Assembly: GCF_001194135.2 (NCBI RefSeq)
Contig: NC_068994.1
Coordinates: 43,541,331-43,605,330 of the forward strand
DNA length: 64,000 nt
Origin: Octopus bimaculoides
Taxonomy: Eukaryota
Direction: 5' to 3'
The notes below the pieces were generated by a model. It was given only the letters and a program-made list of their open reading frames with translations. It made no database searches and was not told the origin of the DNA. The translations under genes and the position numbers were made by a program. How positions within the stretch are numbered: the stretch's first letter is position 1; each line of letters begins with the position of its first letter. Below are positions 63,058 through 64,000 of the stretch, one piece after another.

Positions 63058-63577
63058 CACACAAAAGACTTCCATACAATTTCCTTCCACAAATTCACTC
63101 TGAAAGCATCGGTCAGCCCTGAGCTATAGGAGGAGATACTTATCCAAGGTGCTGCTATGCATGTGGGGTTGAACCCAAAACCACAAGGCTGCAAACAGAG
63201 CTTCTTAGCCAAACTTGTGCAACAAAAGAACACACAGATGGGAATGTCTGTGAATTAAACACACAACAGTGCTTTGGGTTCTACTTAAACTAGGAACCTC
63301 AACCCGACTATGTATGACACCACCTCCCTCCCTTCCAATATCAAAAATGGAATTACCACATGCTTGCAACATTGAAAGAGAAATATTTACAGCAGCAATG
63401 TATCGCGAGTAAATCTACCATGTTCTAAAAAAAAATAATAAATGACTGTCACTTTACATATGATGATGTATCCAATCGTAAGCAGCAAATAGTAGATGCA
63501 AAACCAAAACCTACCAGGCATTACTTTACAGTGAAGTGCCTGAGAAAATACAAAAAAAAAATATTGCTGCCACTGCT

Positions 63578-64000
63578 ACTGCTGTTGGTGGAGGTGATGT
63601 TATTGTTGTTGTTTGTTGTTGTTGTTGTTGTTAGTGGTGGTGGTGGTGGTGGTGGTGGTGGCGGCAGCGGCGGTGGCGGCGGCGGCGGTGGCAAGGTGGC
63701 GGCAGCGGTGGCTTTGNNNNNNNNNNNNNNNNNNNNNNNNNNNNNNNNNNNNNNNNNNNNNNNNNNNNNNNNNNNNNNNNNNNNNNNNNNNNNNNNNNNN
63801 NNNNNNNNNNNNNNNNNNNNNNNNNNNNNNNNNNNNNNNNNNNNNNNNNNNNNNNNNNNNNNNNNNGGTGGTGGTGATGGTGGTGGTGGTGGTGGTGGTG
63901 GTGGTGGTGGTGGTGATGGTGCTGGTGCTGGTGCTGGTGCTGGTGCTGGTAGTGCTGGTGCTGGTGGTGATGGTAGTGGTTTTGGTGCTGGTGTTGGTGG
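63578..64000. repeat. Triplet array grading GTT > GGT > GGC, gap, GGT > GCT
   Basis: In-register triplets across an N gap (63717-63866). Confidence 0.9.

Overview
Non-coding, AT-rich animal genomic DNA packed with microsatellites ((TA)n, (CA)n, (CATA)n, (GATA)n, (CAT)n, (AAT)n, (GGT)n) and broken by about 13 N-gaps. The repeat landscape looks like an octopus/cephalopod draft assembly (inference from SINE style and microsatellite load). I find no intact protein-coding gene, rRNA, true tRNA or CRISPR array; nearly all listed ORFs are translations of microsatellites or N-runs. What the sequence supports: (1) dozens of tRNA-derived SINE copies from about 4-5 families with interchangeable 3' tails; (2) decayed fragments of retroelements (two R4/Dong-like RLE LINEs, a CRE-like RLE LINE, a CR1/L2-like LINE, a Penelope-like RT) and of DNA transposons (Tc1/mariner, hAT) plus mariner, pogo/Tigger and piggyBac-type MITEs; (3) a truncated histone H4 pseudogene in which all nine Arg codons show CpG-type decay; (4) several strong fold-back structures, including a ~4 kb inverted duplication with ~99% identical arms and a 110-bp-arm hairpin nested in a MITE; (5) minimal hammerhead-ribozyme-like motifs in Penelope-type termini, one of them downstream of a tRNA-like head; (6) LINE 3' ends sitting inside (CATA)n or (GATA)n arrays, suggesting microsatellite targeting; (7) a candidate 21-nt microexon. 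All alignments and counts were done by eye; family names come from motif recognition, not database searches. SINE family labels a, b, c/d and e are my own working labels.
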